Origin: Ignavibacteria bacterium RIFOXYC2_FULL_35_21
GTDB lineage: Bacteria; Bacteroidota; Ignavibacteria; Kapaibacteriales; UBA2268
NCBI GenBank assembly: GCA_001804705.1
Contig: MHAY01000038.1
Span: 1,738 to 65,737, forward strand
DNA length: 64,000 nucleotides
Direction of reading: 5' to 3'
Part shown: one piece after another, positions 1 to 8,647 of the stretch
Layout of the letters: each line of letters opens with the position of its first letter
Numbering within the stretch: position 1 is the first letter of the stretch
Notes under the pieces: model-generated
The model's input: the letters and a program-made list of their open reading frames with translations, nothing else
The model's database searches: none
Told to the model about the DNA's origin: nothing
Made by a program: the position numbers and the translations under genes

Positions 1-1
1 T

Positions 2-1351
2 ACTATAACCATTGTATCACCGATTCCTAATGGTCCGAGCGAAGCACTTGGAATTTTATCCGGTGATAAAATTGTAAAAATTGATAGTGTAAATGCTGTC
101 GGAATTTCCAGGGCTGATGTTCCAAAAAAATTAAAAGGCCCAAAAGGCACACAAGTCGCTGTGGATATTGTACGCAGCGGGTCAAAAGAAATACATCATT
201 TCGTGATTACCCGCGATAAAATTCCACTAATTAGTGTTTACGGCTCTTTCTTGATTGATGGCTCGGACATTGGTGTTGTTCAGGTAAACAGGTTTTCAGC
301 TACAACACACAAAGAAATGATGGAAGCCCTCTCAGACCTTAGGTCTAAAGGAATGAAGAAACTTGTATTAGACTTACGGGATAATCCCGGTGGCTACCTC
401 AATCAGGCATATTTAATGGCTGATGAATTTATTCAAGGCGGAGATACAATCGTTTATACAAAAGGCAGAAGGCCCGAGTTCGATGAGGTTTATATAGCGG
501 CAAGCGGTGGTGAATATGAAGATATTCCTCTTATTGTTTTAATAAGTGCAGGTTCTGCATCTGCAAGTGAAATCGTTTCAGGTGCCATCCAGGACCTCGA
601 CAGGGGGCTTGTTGTAGGAACAACATCATTCGGAAAGGGGCTCGTGCAAAGGCAATTCAAATCATTTGACGGCTCTGCTTACAGGCTGACAATTTCAAAA
701 TACTTTACTCCAACAGGCAGGTGTATTCAAAGGTCTTATGCAGATAAGGATGAATACAGGCATCTTGCCGGAAGGCTTGAACTTGAAGAAGGTTCTTATT
801 TAGACAATCCAATTAAAAAAATACATGGCCAGATTGCTAAAATGAATAAGGATAAAGACCCTGTTAAAGATAAGGATTATATTAAATTCGATTCATTACC
901 CATATACCATACTCAATTTAACAGATTGGTATTTGGCGGCGGCGGTATAACACCTGATTTTATAATTAAACCTGATACCATTAATAAAATGAGCAGGGAT
1001 ATAAGAAGTAAAAATATGTTTTTTGAATTTGCCAATAATTTCATTCATGGCAAAGGCAGTTATATAAAAGATAAGTATCAGATAAACTATCTTGATTATA
1101 TAAGGAATTTTGAAGTTAACGATGACATTATTAGTGATTTTAAAAAGCTTGCAGAAGCAAAAGGTGTTGTTTGGGATGATGACTTATACAAACAAGACCA
1201 GGATTTCATCAAGATTGCAATAAAAGCAACTGTTGCAAGGATATTATGGAATGACCACCGTTCTGCACAGATTTATGCGGCACTTGACAACCAGTTGTCA
1301 AAGGCTATTGAATTGTTTCCTGAAGCAGTAAAAATTACAAAATTACGATAA
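2..1351 (+). CDS. C-terminal processing (tail-specific) peptidase, family S41; 5'-partial, continues off the left edge
   Basis: Frame 2 is open from nt 2, so the track's M at 161 is an internal GTG codon. PDZ-like GILSGDKIVKIDS is followed by S41 motifs LDLRDNPGGYL, SAGSASASEIVSGA and TSFGKGLVQ. Confidence 0.9.
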   Translation, partial: TITIVSPIPNGPSEALGILSGDKIVKIDSVNAVGISRADVPKKLKGPKGTQVAVDIVRSGSKEIHHFVITRDKIPLISVYGSFLIDGSDIGVVQVNRFSATTHKEMMEALSDLRSKGMKKLVLDLRDNPGGYLNQAYLMADEFIQGGDTIVYTKGRRPEFDEVYIAASGGEYEDIPLIVLISAGSASASEIVSGAIQDLDRGLVVGTTSFGKGLVQRQFKSFDGSAYRLTISKYFTPTGRCIQRSYADKDEYRHLAGRLELEEGSYLDNPIKKIHGQIAKMNKDKDPVKDKDYIKFDSLPIYHTQFNRLVFGGGGITPDFIIKPDTINKMSRDIRSKNMFFEFANNFIHGKGSYIKDKYQINYLDYIRNFEVNDDIISDFKKLAEAKGVVWDDDLYKQDQDFIKIAIKATVARILWNDHRSAQIYAALDNQLSKAIELFPEAVKITKLR

Positions 1352-1372
1352 TGATAATATAGTAAAAAAAAA

Positions 1373-1400
1373 GCCCGTTAGAATTCACGGGCTTTTTTTT
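1373..1400. terminator. Bidirectional intrinsic terminator between convergent genes
   Basis: Hairpin gcccgt-tagaattc-acgggc with an A-run on the left and a T-run on the right. Confidence 0.7.
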
Positions 1401-1427
1401 CTTACTCTTTTAAATAAAAAAATCAAA

Positions 1428-2756
1428 TTACCTGACTATAAAAAAGTTGCCTCTGGATATTATCTTACCTGCATTTTGTATATTGTAAAAATAAGCACCT
1501 TTTGCGACATCGTGTAATTCAATTTGTAAAATTGATTCTGGCAAGATTAATTCAACCTCCTTTGAATATAGATTTTTACCGAGGAAATCAGTTATGAATA
1601 TTTTTGCTTTACCCAGAACATCTGAATTTAATTTAATTCTAAAATTTCCGTTTGATGGATTTGGATATAATGCAAAATCATCATCATTTGGAATTTCTTC
1701 TACAACGTCAGTTGTTGTGTCTTCTGAAATAAAAATCCTGCCATGAAAATCTGCTATTATTGCTCTGTCTTTCCTTATATAACATACATTCATTGTTGCA
1801 GGAATATCCTCAACAACGGTTTCACTCGAATCATAAAACCAGGACTTACCTCCATCATGTGTCCAGAAAATTGCACCAAATTGACCTACAACAATACCGC
1901 TATCCTTATTGTAAAAATCAAGTTTCTGCAAACCAAAAGAGCGATAGATAACTGTATCTAATACTTTTTCCCATGAACGGCCTCCATCAGTTGTTTTATA
2001 AACAAGCTCATATTGTTGTTGTCCATGCCCTGTACTTTTACCACCTACTTCATATCCAATTAAAGAGTCAACAAATTGAAGTGCTTGAGGAACTCTGTAA
2101 TCAGGATGTTCATATTCATCCCATGTTTTACCGCCATCATCAGAACGATAAAATCTTTCGTTAAAGTCAGGGCTACCGTCTATATCTCTGGTTAAAACAC
2201 AAATTGAATTTGGTGCCGCCATTTCAACATTAAATATAAGATCACCACCAGGATTAGAAATTGTATCCCATGTTTTAAATCCATCATGAGAAACGACTAA
2301 ATATTTTTGCGATATCATTACTCCATTAAATTCATCAAACATATCAACATCATAGAATCCATACCATGTATAAGGTATGTCAACTTTATATTCTTTCCAT
2401 GTAAAACCTCCATCAGTTGTTTTAAGAAAAGAACTTGAATCACAGCCAATTATACAAAAATCTCGTGTAGGATATGATATATCTTGAGGATAAGTTGGAA
2501 CTGGGTCAGCAAAAATTACTGAATCCCTATAAACATAGAACCATGTATTACCTCCATCGGTTGTTTTTACTATTGCTCGCCAAGGACCACTAATTTCAGA
2601 TAAAGCCATTGCATAAAAAGAATCTGGATTGTCTATTCCTAAAAAAAGTAAGGTATCGTCATCAAATACTTTATTCCAAATTATATTATTTGATTTACAA
2701 ATTAAACTTGTCGATATTATTGATAACAATATTATTAAATATTTCATAATAATCAT
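1428..2756 (-). CDS. BNR/Asp-box repeat beta-propeller protein with T9SS C-terminal sorting domain
   Basis: Signal peptide. Six SxDxGxTW-type boxes (TTDGGNTW, TTDGGFTW, SHDGFKTW, SDDGGKTW, TTDGGRSW, THDGGKSW). The C-terminus (LYPNPSNGNFRI...GAYFYNI) is typical of type A sorting domains. Confidence 0.8.
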   Translation of the reverse strand: MIIMKYLIILLSIISTSLICKSNNIIWNKVFDDDTLLFLGIDNPDSFYAMALSEISGPWRAIVKTTDGGNTWFYVYRDSVIFADPVPTYPQDISYPTRDFCIIGCDSSSFLKTTDGGFTWKEYKVDIPYTWYGFYDVDMFDEFNGVMISQKYLVVSHDGFKTWDTISNPGGDLIFNVEMAAPNSICVLTRDIDGSPDFNERFYRSDDGGKTWDEYEHPDYRVPQALQFVDSLIGYEVGGKSTGHGQQQYELVYKTTDGGRSWEKVLDTVIYRSFGLQKLDFYNKDSGIVVGQFGAIFWTHDGGKSWFYDSSETVVEDIPATMNVCYIRKDRAIIADFHGRIFISEDTTTDVVEEIPNDDDFALYPNPSNGNFRIKLNSDVLGKAKIFITDFLGKNLYSKEVELILPESILQIELHDVAKGAYFYNIQNAGKIISRGNFFIVR

Positions 2757-2778
2757 CTATTAATTTTTATTAAAAAAT

Positions 2779-2806
2779 ACAGGAAAGTCATCAATGACTT
2801 TCCTGT
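2779..2806 (-). terminator. Intrinsic terminator after the Cys-rich gene
   Basis: Perfect 12-bp stem acaggaaagtca/tgactttcctgt, followed on the minus strand by a U-rich tract. Confidence 0.65.
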
Positions 2807-2817
2807 ATGAATCTTTC

Positions 2818-5361
2818 TTATTCAACAATAAATTTACCATTGCCAATAAATTTACCATTACAATAAATCTTATAGACATACAAACCTTTATCAAGAAAAT
2901 GAGTATCAATCTTGAAATTATTTTTCTCACTTTTTGATAATTGTTCTACTGTGAGCCATTTTATACCATATACATCAGAAATATCCACCCGTATTTTGTT
3001 TCCACAATCAGATTTAACCGACAGATTTAAATTACCATCAAAATAATTTTTAGTAAAATTAATCAATTCTGTTGAATCTTCTACCGAGTTAATCGGTTCA
3101 TGAATCATCGGCATCATTGGAACAATACTGTAATATGAAAAATATATATAATTACACATATCATAACAAGTATTTGGTTCTGGAATATTAGGTGGTTCTG
3201 GATAAGGCTGACATGATACTTCTCCATAATATTCTGTTTCTCCTATAGGTTCAATCGTTATACTATCAAGTGGATATCTACACACTTTATATTTTTGATA
3301 ACAGCATGTGGATGGACATGACATTAACCAGCAAACATCTCCGGCTTGCCGCCAGCAGGAATGAATTGTAACTTGCCACTGGTAAGAACAACCTGTATCA
3401 AGTCTTGTAGGAAAGAATCCCATAGGATTATATGTAATTAATCCTTCTATTGCCTTTTGTATTGCTTCACCATCGTTTAAACAAGAACAATTTCCACCGC
3501 GGAAAATATTTATTATTTGAAATTCCTGTAATGAATCTAGACATGTACGATATATATAATGAATTCCTAACCAACAAGCACTATTTGAATCACATAAATG
3601 CATAAATCTAATATTCTGAAAATCTTCAGTCCATTCAACAAGGCAATCACCAGCACAGGGTTGAGGCAGGGAATCAATAACTAATGAATCACAGCTAACA
3701 ATCTTCATAATTGTGCAAGTCGAATCAACATCTTCATACCCTTTATACAAAGTTACAATAATTGTATCTATTATACCTGTACCGATACAATAAGAAAGCA
3801 AAGATATTTCATTTGAATCAATACTGCTGTTTATCCAACCATTCAGATATCCATTCTTTTTGCTTTCCACCGAATAATTATGGTAACAAGGAATTGAATC
3901 CCGATTAGTCCATTCCATAAATACACTACAGCCGCTGTCAGGGCAGGAAGGGTCTTTGATAACATTCACAGTAAGCCATTCATCATGATTCGGAGGACAA
4001 CATTCAATTGTATCACATGCAACACCTTTAGTAATTACACAGGCAGAATCGAGGTTTTCAAGCGAATCCTGAAGTAAGTAAACTTTAATTGTTCCAAATT
4101 CTCCTTTATCTAAGCAATATAGATATTCTGTCTCTACTTCGAGTGGAGGAGTTGTGTCGCCACGATTATCTTTCAAGACATAATATTTGTAACATGTGAT
4201 ATTTGAATCAATATCAAGATGAACAGATACAAGGCAACCACCATTGGTACATGTATCATCATTGACAACATCTACTGTCAGCCATCCATCTAAAAGTGCC
4301 GAATCACATTCGCAACAGGAAGATAAATCAATAGTGTTCGTGTACATTGTTTTACCTTCGACATAATATGATGGGTCGCAATTCGGTGTTCCGGGATGTA
4401 ATGAATCATCAATCAGCACCTTGTACATTACAAACTTATTACCATTAGACGGGCACATAGTATATTTCACAGTATCACTATAAGGACACATTAATGAATC
4501 TTCTTTTACATAGATTCCTGTCTCAGTATTATATTGTTGAAATACAATCCTTGGAGAAGGAGCATAGCAATAAGGATTATAAACGCTGATATTGACACAA
4601 CAGATGCTATCTACTTTTTGTGCTGTTACTTCTATTGAATCGCAGCAGTTTTCGAGCCATTCCTGGAATGGGAATTCGTCGCAATACCAGGTGCATAGCG
4701 GTGCTGATGTGTAACAAGTGTCCCGCAACGGCACTGACTCCTGAAATTTTCTAAAATCGTCATATTGATGATCACGATTAGTATGTGCCTGATATATACT
4801 CCTGCAGCAATTATCTGAACATACTGAATCATAATTTTGTATATTTCTGCATGCACCTTTTGTAAAAAGCCACAAATCATACCAGCCATATTGACCTGAT
4901 GTTAAACTATCAAGATTTAAAAAATCATGGTCATATAAAACACATGATGAATCAAATTTACAATCAACTAATTTTTGATAAAATAAATCTACTATTTTTA
5001 TTTTATCACAGCTTTCACAATCAGAACCGTTAGTTATCAGGATTGCTGAAATAAATACAGAGAAATGATCAGCTGTGGTTTGACCTTCAACCAGTGAATG
5101 ATGATGTGTATTCTCATAATAGATTATTTTAAAACAGCAATGAGAGGAATTTGGACATCCTATGTCGGAATTCAGCAATGAATCCATACACAGATTATAC
5201 TCTTTAGGGCCATCCCATACCGTATCACTTTGATTCATCCAAATACAAATTGGCACATCACAAGGAATAGCAAAATAATTTTCCCAATTAGTTTGAGAAA
5301 ACAGCGAATTGGGACAGATTGTAAATAATAGAATAACAATAAGTAAAAGTAAGTTTTTCAT
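2818..5361 (-). CDS. Very cysteine-rich secreted protein with tandem ~105-aa modules and a T9SS C-terminal domain (function unknown)
   Basis: I start it at MKNLLLLIVILLFTICPNSLFSQ (ATG 5361, preceded by agaggt) rather than the track's 5565. There are dozens of Cys in CC/CxC patterns. The repeated module is CC..D.WLTV.V..D..C...GC.V......D.I.CY..Y. The tail (GLYVYKIY...) is beta-rich. Confidence 0.75.
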   Translation of the reverse strand: MKNLLLLIVILLFTICPNSLFSQTNWENYFAIPCDVPICIWMNQSDTVWDGPKEYNLCMDSLLNSDIGCPNSSHCCFKIIYYENTHHHSLVEGQTTADHFSVFISAILITNGSDCESCDKIKIVDLFYQKLVDCKFDSSCVLYDHDFLNLDSLTSGQYGWYDLWLFTKGACRNIQNYDSVCSDNCCRSIYQAHTNRDHQYDDFRKFQESVPLRDTCYTSAPLCTWYCDEFPFQEWLENCCDSIEVTAQKVDSICCVNISVYNPYCYAPSPRIVFQQYNTETGIYVKEDSLMCPYSDTVKYTMCPSNGNKFVMYKVLIDDSLHPGTPNCDPSYYVEGKTMYTNTIDLSSCCECDSALLDGWLTVDVVNDDTCTNGGCLVSVHLDIDSNITCYKYYVLKDNRGDTTPPLEVETEYLYCLDKGEFGTIKVYLLQDSLENLDSACVITKGVACDTIECCPPNHDEWLTVNVIKDPSCPDSGCSVFMEWTNRDSIPCYHNYSVESKKNGYLNGWINSSIDSNEISLLSYCIGTGIIDTIIVTLYKGYEDVDSTCTIMKIVSCDSLVIDSLPQPCAGDCLVEWTEDFQNIRFMHLCDSNSACWLGIHYIYRTCLDSLQEFQIINIFRGGNCSCLNDGEAIQKAIEGLITYNPMGFFPTRLDTGCSYQWQVTIHSCWRQAGDVCWLMSCPSTCCYQKYKVCRYPLDSITIEPIGETEYYGEVSCQPYPEPPNIPEPNTCYDMCNYIYFSYYSIVPMMPMIHEPINSVEDSTELINFTKNYFDGNLNLSVKSDCGNKIRVDISDVYGIKWLTVEQLSKSEKNNFKIDTHFLDKGLYVYKIYCNGKFIGNGKFIVE

Positions 5362-5413
5362 AGCGCTACCTCTAAATTTGTTTAAAAAATAATGAATTAG
5401 TTTATTAATAAAA

Positions 5414-5439
5414 AAGGGCATTTCCACTTTAATGCCCTT
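5414..5439 (-). terminator. Intrinsic terminator inside the 5' leader of the Cys-rich gene
   Basis: Minus strand reads aagggcau-uaaagugga-augcccuu followed by UUUUUUAUU. It lies 50 nt upstream of the ATG at 5361. Confidence 0.6.
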
Positions 5440-5549
5440 CTTCGAGGTATCGCCAAACACCCACTCTGTAAAGCAAAAAGGAAAACGCCCCAGTCGGGGC
5501 GTGTCCTCTTGCGTTCTACAGAATTCTAAATTGGCGATTATCGAAGAAG
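5438..5549 (-). ncRNA. Unclassified rod-like structured RNA (candidate riboswitch-type leader or small RNA)
   Basis: Nested complementary segments about 90 nt apart: cuucuucga(uaa)ucgccaa / uuggcga(uacc)ucgaagaag, ucugua/uacaga, gcaagagga/uccuuuuugc, cgcccc-gacu-ggggcg. It abuts the terminator. Confidence 0.4.
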
Positions 5550-5819
5550 AACGAAGTAAGACCACGCTTACAAATATTTTTAGTCAGCTACTTGTTTATA
5601 GCTTAATTGAGCTCCTGAAATCTTAAAAAAGTTCATTACAATATTTAACCTATTATTTCCAAATACCACATTACTTATTTCCCCTATTCCCTGAAATGCG
5701 GAATCTATCTATTTTATTAGATTTTTCAAAGAAAAGTAATTCGGTATTATCTATTTTATTTCCAATAATTTATGTTATAATCAGTATTAAACTATATAAT
5801 TTTTTGTTTTAATGCAAAT

Positions 5820-6731
5820 TTATTTTTGAGTTTCTGTAAGTATTTCGACAAATGTTTTCTCAAGCTTATCCTTTATTTTTTCCATATACCACTGTGGTGT
5901 GCTTGTTGCACCTGTTATTCCAATACGTTCGATTCCATTAAACCAGTCCAGCACAATCTCTTCCATGTCCTCGATAAAATATGAATTTGGATTTGCTTTT
6001 TGACATATATGATAAAGACTTTTACCATTTGATGAATTTCTGCCTGCAACGAAAATAACTATGTCATTACTCCTTGCAAATTCCTGAAGCTTGTCCTCCC
6101 TGCCATAAACATATTTACAGAGTGTGTTTTTAGCAATAAATACTTCGTTAACTTCACCGCCATCAATGAAATCTTTTACTTTTTCTTCGAGGGCGTTCTT
6201 TATTTCGTTGAAAGCTTGCTTTTCCATGGTTGTTTGAGAAAAGAGCATTGTTTTACGGTTGAAGTCAACTTTCTCCAATGCTTCTTCGACAGATTTAATA
6301 ACAATACATTCGCCGTTGCATACACCGCTGATACCGATAACTTCGGCATGGTCTTTTTTACCGTAAACAACTATTTGGTAACCGCTGTCATAAGCCTTTT
6401 TTATACGGTTTTGAAGTGCCTGTACGAGTGGACAAGTTGCATCAACGACATTCAAGCCTAATTCATCGGCTAACTTGAATGTTGAAGGTGGTTCGCCATG
6501 AGCCCTTATAATTACTTTTGATTTTTCATTTGTTATATTTTTAAGCTCTGAGTGTGTAATGGTTTTTAAGCCTTTAGCCTCGAGTCTTTCAATCTCCCGC
6601 GGATTGTGTATGATGTCTCCAAGAACATAAACCTGCTCATCCGTTGAGTTCTGAAGAACCTCTTCTACTTTATCTATTGTTTTTACTACTCCCCAGCAGA
6701 AACCTGCCGAGTCATCTATTGATATTATCAT
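5820..6731 (-). CDS. ispH: 4-hydroxy-3-methylbut-2-enyl diphosphate reductase
   Basis: AGFCWGV, ATCPLV and NTLC cysteine motifs, typical length and domain order. Confidence 0.9.
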   Translation of the reverse strand: MIISIDDSAGFCWGVVKTIDKVEEVLQNSTDEQVYVLGDIIHNPREIERLEAKGLKTITHSELKNITNEKSKVIIRAHGEPPSTFKLADELGLNVVDATCPLVQALQNRIKKAYDSGYQIVVYGKKDHAEVIGISGVCNGECIVIKSVEEALEKVDFNRKTMLFSQTTMEKQAFNEIKNALEEKVKDFIDGGEVNEVFIAKNTLCKYVYGREDKLQEFARSNDIVIFVAGRNSSNGKSLYHICQKANPNSYFIEDMEEIVLDWFNGIERIGITGATSTPQWYMEKIKDKLEKTFVEILTETQK

Positions 6732-6827
6732 ATATTTTTTCCTGTTTATATTTTACGATTATAATATGTTAATCAATTATTTTATTTATCAAATTGCGTT
6801 TTGCATTTTGAATTATACATTCAAATT

Positions 6828-7427
6828 TTAGAGTTCGGCTTTCAACATTTTCATCCAGCCGTATGGGTCCCAGAAAAAACCTTTAATGACTTTACTCGGA
6901 TGTCTTTCCGATTTAATTTTTTGACTAATATAATTTTTTCCTTCGAGAACGTCAATTGTAATTGTGTAATCGGATAAATCATAAAAACAAATTTCAGGAA
7001 CTTTGTTTAACTTATAGACATCCCTTTTAATTGTAAAGTCGTAATTCTTGGTTGTGTCGGATACAATCTCAAAAATCAAATCCGGAACACCTTCAAATTC
7101 ATGATACCCAAACCTTCCACTGTTCTGATGGGAAACAAATACAATATCAGGCTCAAACTTTTGATTTTCACCAAACGAAATCAATAATCTCGAGCCTATT
7201 ACCTTCCCGAGTTCATATTTCTTAATATAATTGTACAATTGATTTACAATAATAATAAAACATTCTTCATGTTCTACTGTAGCAGAAGATTGAGCCATAA
7301 TCATACCTTCATAATACTCGGCTTTGATATTTTTTAACGAATAAAAATCTTCGAGACTGCCGCTTATATACATCAAAAAAGGACTTTTATAAGATAATTC
7401 CGGCATTATGTCAAGATATTTATTCAA
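6828..7427 (-). CDS. Uma2-family (DUF820) PD-(D/E)xK endonuclease-like protein
   Basis: EPDIVFV...GVPDLIFEIVSDTT..D...K pattern typical of the Uma2 family. The N-terminus is uncertain. Confidence 0.6.
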   Translation of the reverse strand: MNKYLDIMPELSYKSPFLMYISGSLEDFYSLKNIKAEYYEGMIMAQSSATVEHEECFIIIVNQLYNYIKKYELGKVIGSRLLISFGENQKFEPDIVFVSHQNSGRFGYHEFEGVPDLIFEIVSDTTKNYDFTIKRDVYKLNKVPEICFYDLSDYTITIDVLEGKNYISQKIKSERHPSKVIKGFFWDPYGWMKMLKAEL

Positions 7428-7720
7428 TATAAAATCAATAAATAGACGAAAATGAACTTGCTAAATTTAAGGGACGGTATAATAAGAAAAAATTTTAATA
7501 TTTTCTTGCTCTTTTCTAACTTATTGAAAAAAAATAGCACACTGAGGTTACAAACAAACCCCCAAATCGAAATTAATTTGCTAATTATTTATATTTTTTG
7601 TAAGTTTTGAAACTATAATAAAAGTAGCATTTTAATAATGTCTCCCTGAGCGAAGTCGAAGGGTTTGAATAATACAAGGCTGATGACTAAATATTATATT
7701 AGCTTCAAGCCATATTTATA

Positions 7721-7745
7721 ACCGGACATACCGGTTTTTATTTAC
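7721..7745 (+). terminator. Orphan plus-strand hairpin plus T-run upstream of sdhC
   Basis: aaccgg-acata-ccggtt followed by tttttattt. There is no plus-strand CDS upstream. Confidence 0.4.
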
Positions 7746-7746
7746 T

Positions 7747-7774
7747 TGACTCTTTTAATTAACTATATATTATT
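7747..7774 (+). promoter_or_regulatory. Possible sigma70-type promoter for sdhCAB
   Basis: TTGACT, 16 nt, TATTAT, about 20 nt before the sdhC ATG. Sequence resemblance only. Confidence 0.3.
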
Positions 7775-7795
7775 AACAATCAACAAATAGGATTT

Positions 7796-8647
7796 ATGAT
7801 ACTGATTAACTACCTAAAATCTACCATCCTTAGCAAATTTGTGATGGCGATAACGGGAGTTATTCTGGTTCTATTCGTCATTGGGCATTGTGTGGGAAAT
7901 TTGCAGGTTTTTCTTGGGAAAGATGCTTTCAACAGCTATGCATATTTTCTGCAGGAGCGTCTCGGAGAATTGCTATGGCTCATAAGAATTGGGCTTATTG
8001 CAGCGGCAGTTTTTCATATAATAACATCAGTATGGCTTAAGTTCCTGAATTGGGGAGCCAAACCTACCAAATATCAGGTTAAAAATTATGTAAAAGCACG
8101 GCTGACTTCAAGAACGATGATTTGGACCGGAATAATGATTTTTGCTTTTCTGACTTATCATATACTGCATTTTACAATGGGTGTGGTTCATCCTGAAGAT
8201 TACAACAAAACAGACTATTATGTTACCAATGCAGTTTCAGTCGATAAGGTTAATAATGGCACTCTGAACGATACCGAAGGGTCGGATGAATGTTGTGCCG
8301 AAGGTACTGCTACTAATGCAAAAGAAAGTATAATTAATTATAATGGCAGTATGTATAAAGTCGAAGGCGACGAACCAATCTTATCGGAAAGGCATGATGC
8401 TTATGCAATGGTAATAAGTGGTTTCCAAAAGCCGCTGGTTTCGATTCTTTATATAATAGGTGTCATTTTACTGGGATTTCATTTGAATCATGCTATTCAG
8501 AGTTCATTCCAGACTTTGGGATATAACAATCCTAAGTACTTTCCAAAAATAGTTGCCGGAAGCACTATTTTGTCAATTCTGATTGTTTTATGTTACATAG
8601 CTATACCGATTTCAATTCTGTTGGGGTTGGTGGGAGGAAGAGTATGA
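7796..8647 (+). CDS. sdhC: Succinate dehydrogenase/fumarate reductase cytochrome b subunit (b558 type) with an enlarged loop
   Basis: Multi-TM protein directly upstream of sdhA, with ATGA stop/start overlap. Conserved His in TM helices. About 50 aa longer than I expect for this family. Confidence 0.8.
   Translation: MILINYLKSTILSKFVMAITGVILVLFVIGHCVGNLQVFLGKDAFNSYAYFLQERLGELLWLIRIGLIAAAVFHIITSVWLKFLNWGAKPTKYQVKNYVKARLTSRTMIWTGIMIFAFLTYHILHFTMGVVHPEDYNKTDYYVTNAVSVDKVNNGTLNDTEGSDECCAEGTATNAKESIINYNGSMYKVEGDEPILSERHDAYAMVISGFQKPLVSILYIIGVILLGFHLNHAIQSSFQTLGYNNPKYFPKIVAGSTILSILIVLCYIAIPISILLGLVGGRV

Noticed and set aside
5438-5549. Identifying the rod-like RNA as SRP (4.5S) RNA or 6S RNA
   Set aside because: The apical loop is GACU rather than GNRA, and the conserved AGCA and GGAA-type internal-loop motifs of SRP domain IV are absent. 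At about 112 nt, with no large central bubble, it does not fit 6S. It is left unclassified.
5362-5565. N-terminal 68-aa extension of the Cys-rich ORF given by the track (MVLLRSS...)
   Set aside because: The extension reads through the structured RNA and an intrinsic terminator. A canonical signal peptide with an SD starts at ATG 5361.
8590-8643. Upstream start of sdhA at 8590
   Set aside because: It overlaps the last TM helix of sdhC in another frame. MTLDSK at 8644 gives the usual N-terminus and an ATGA stop/start overlap.
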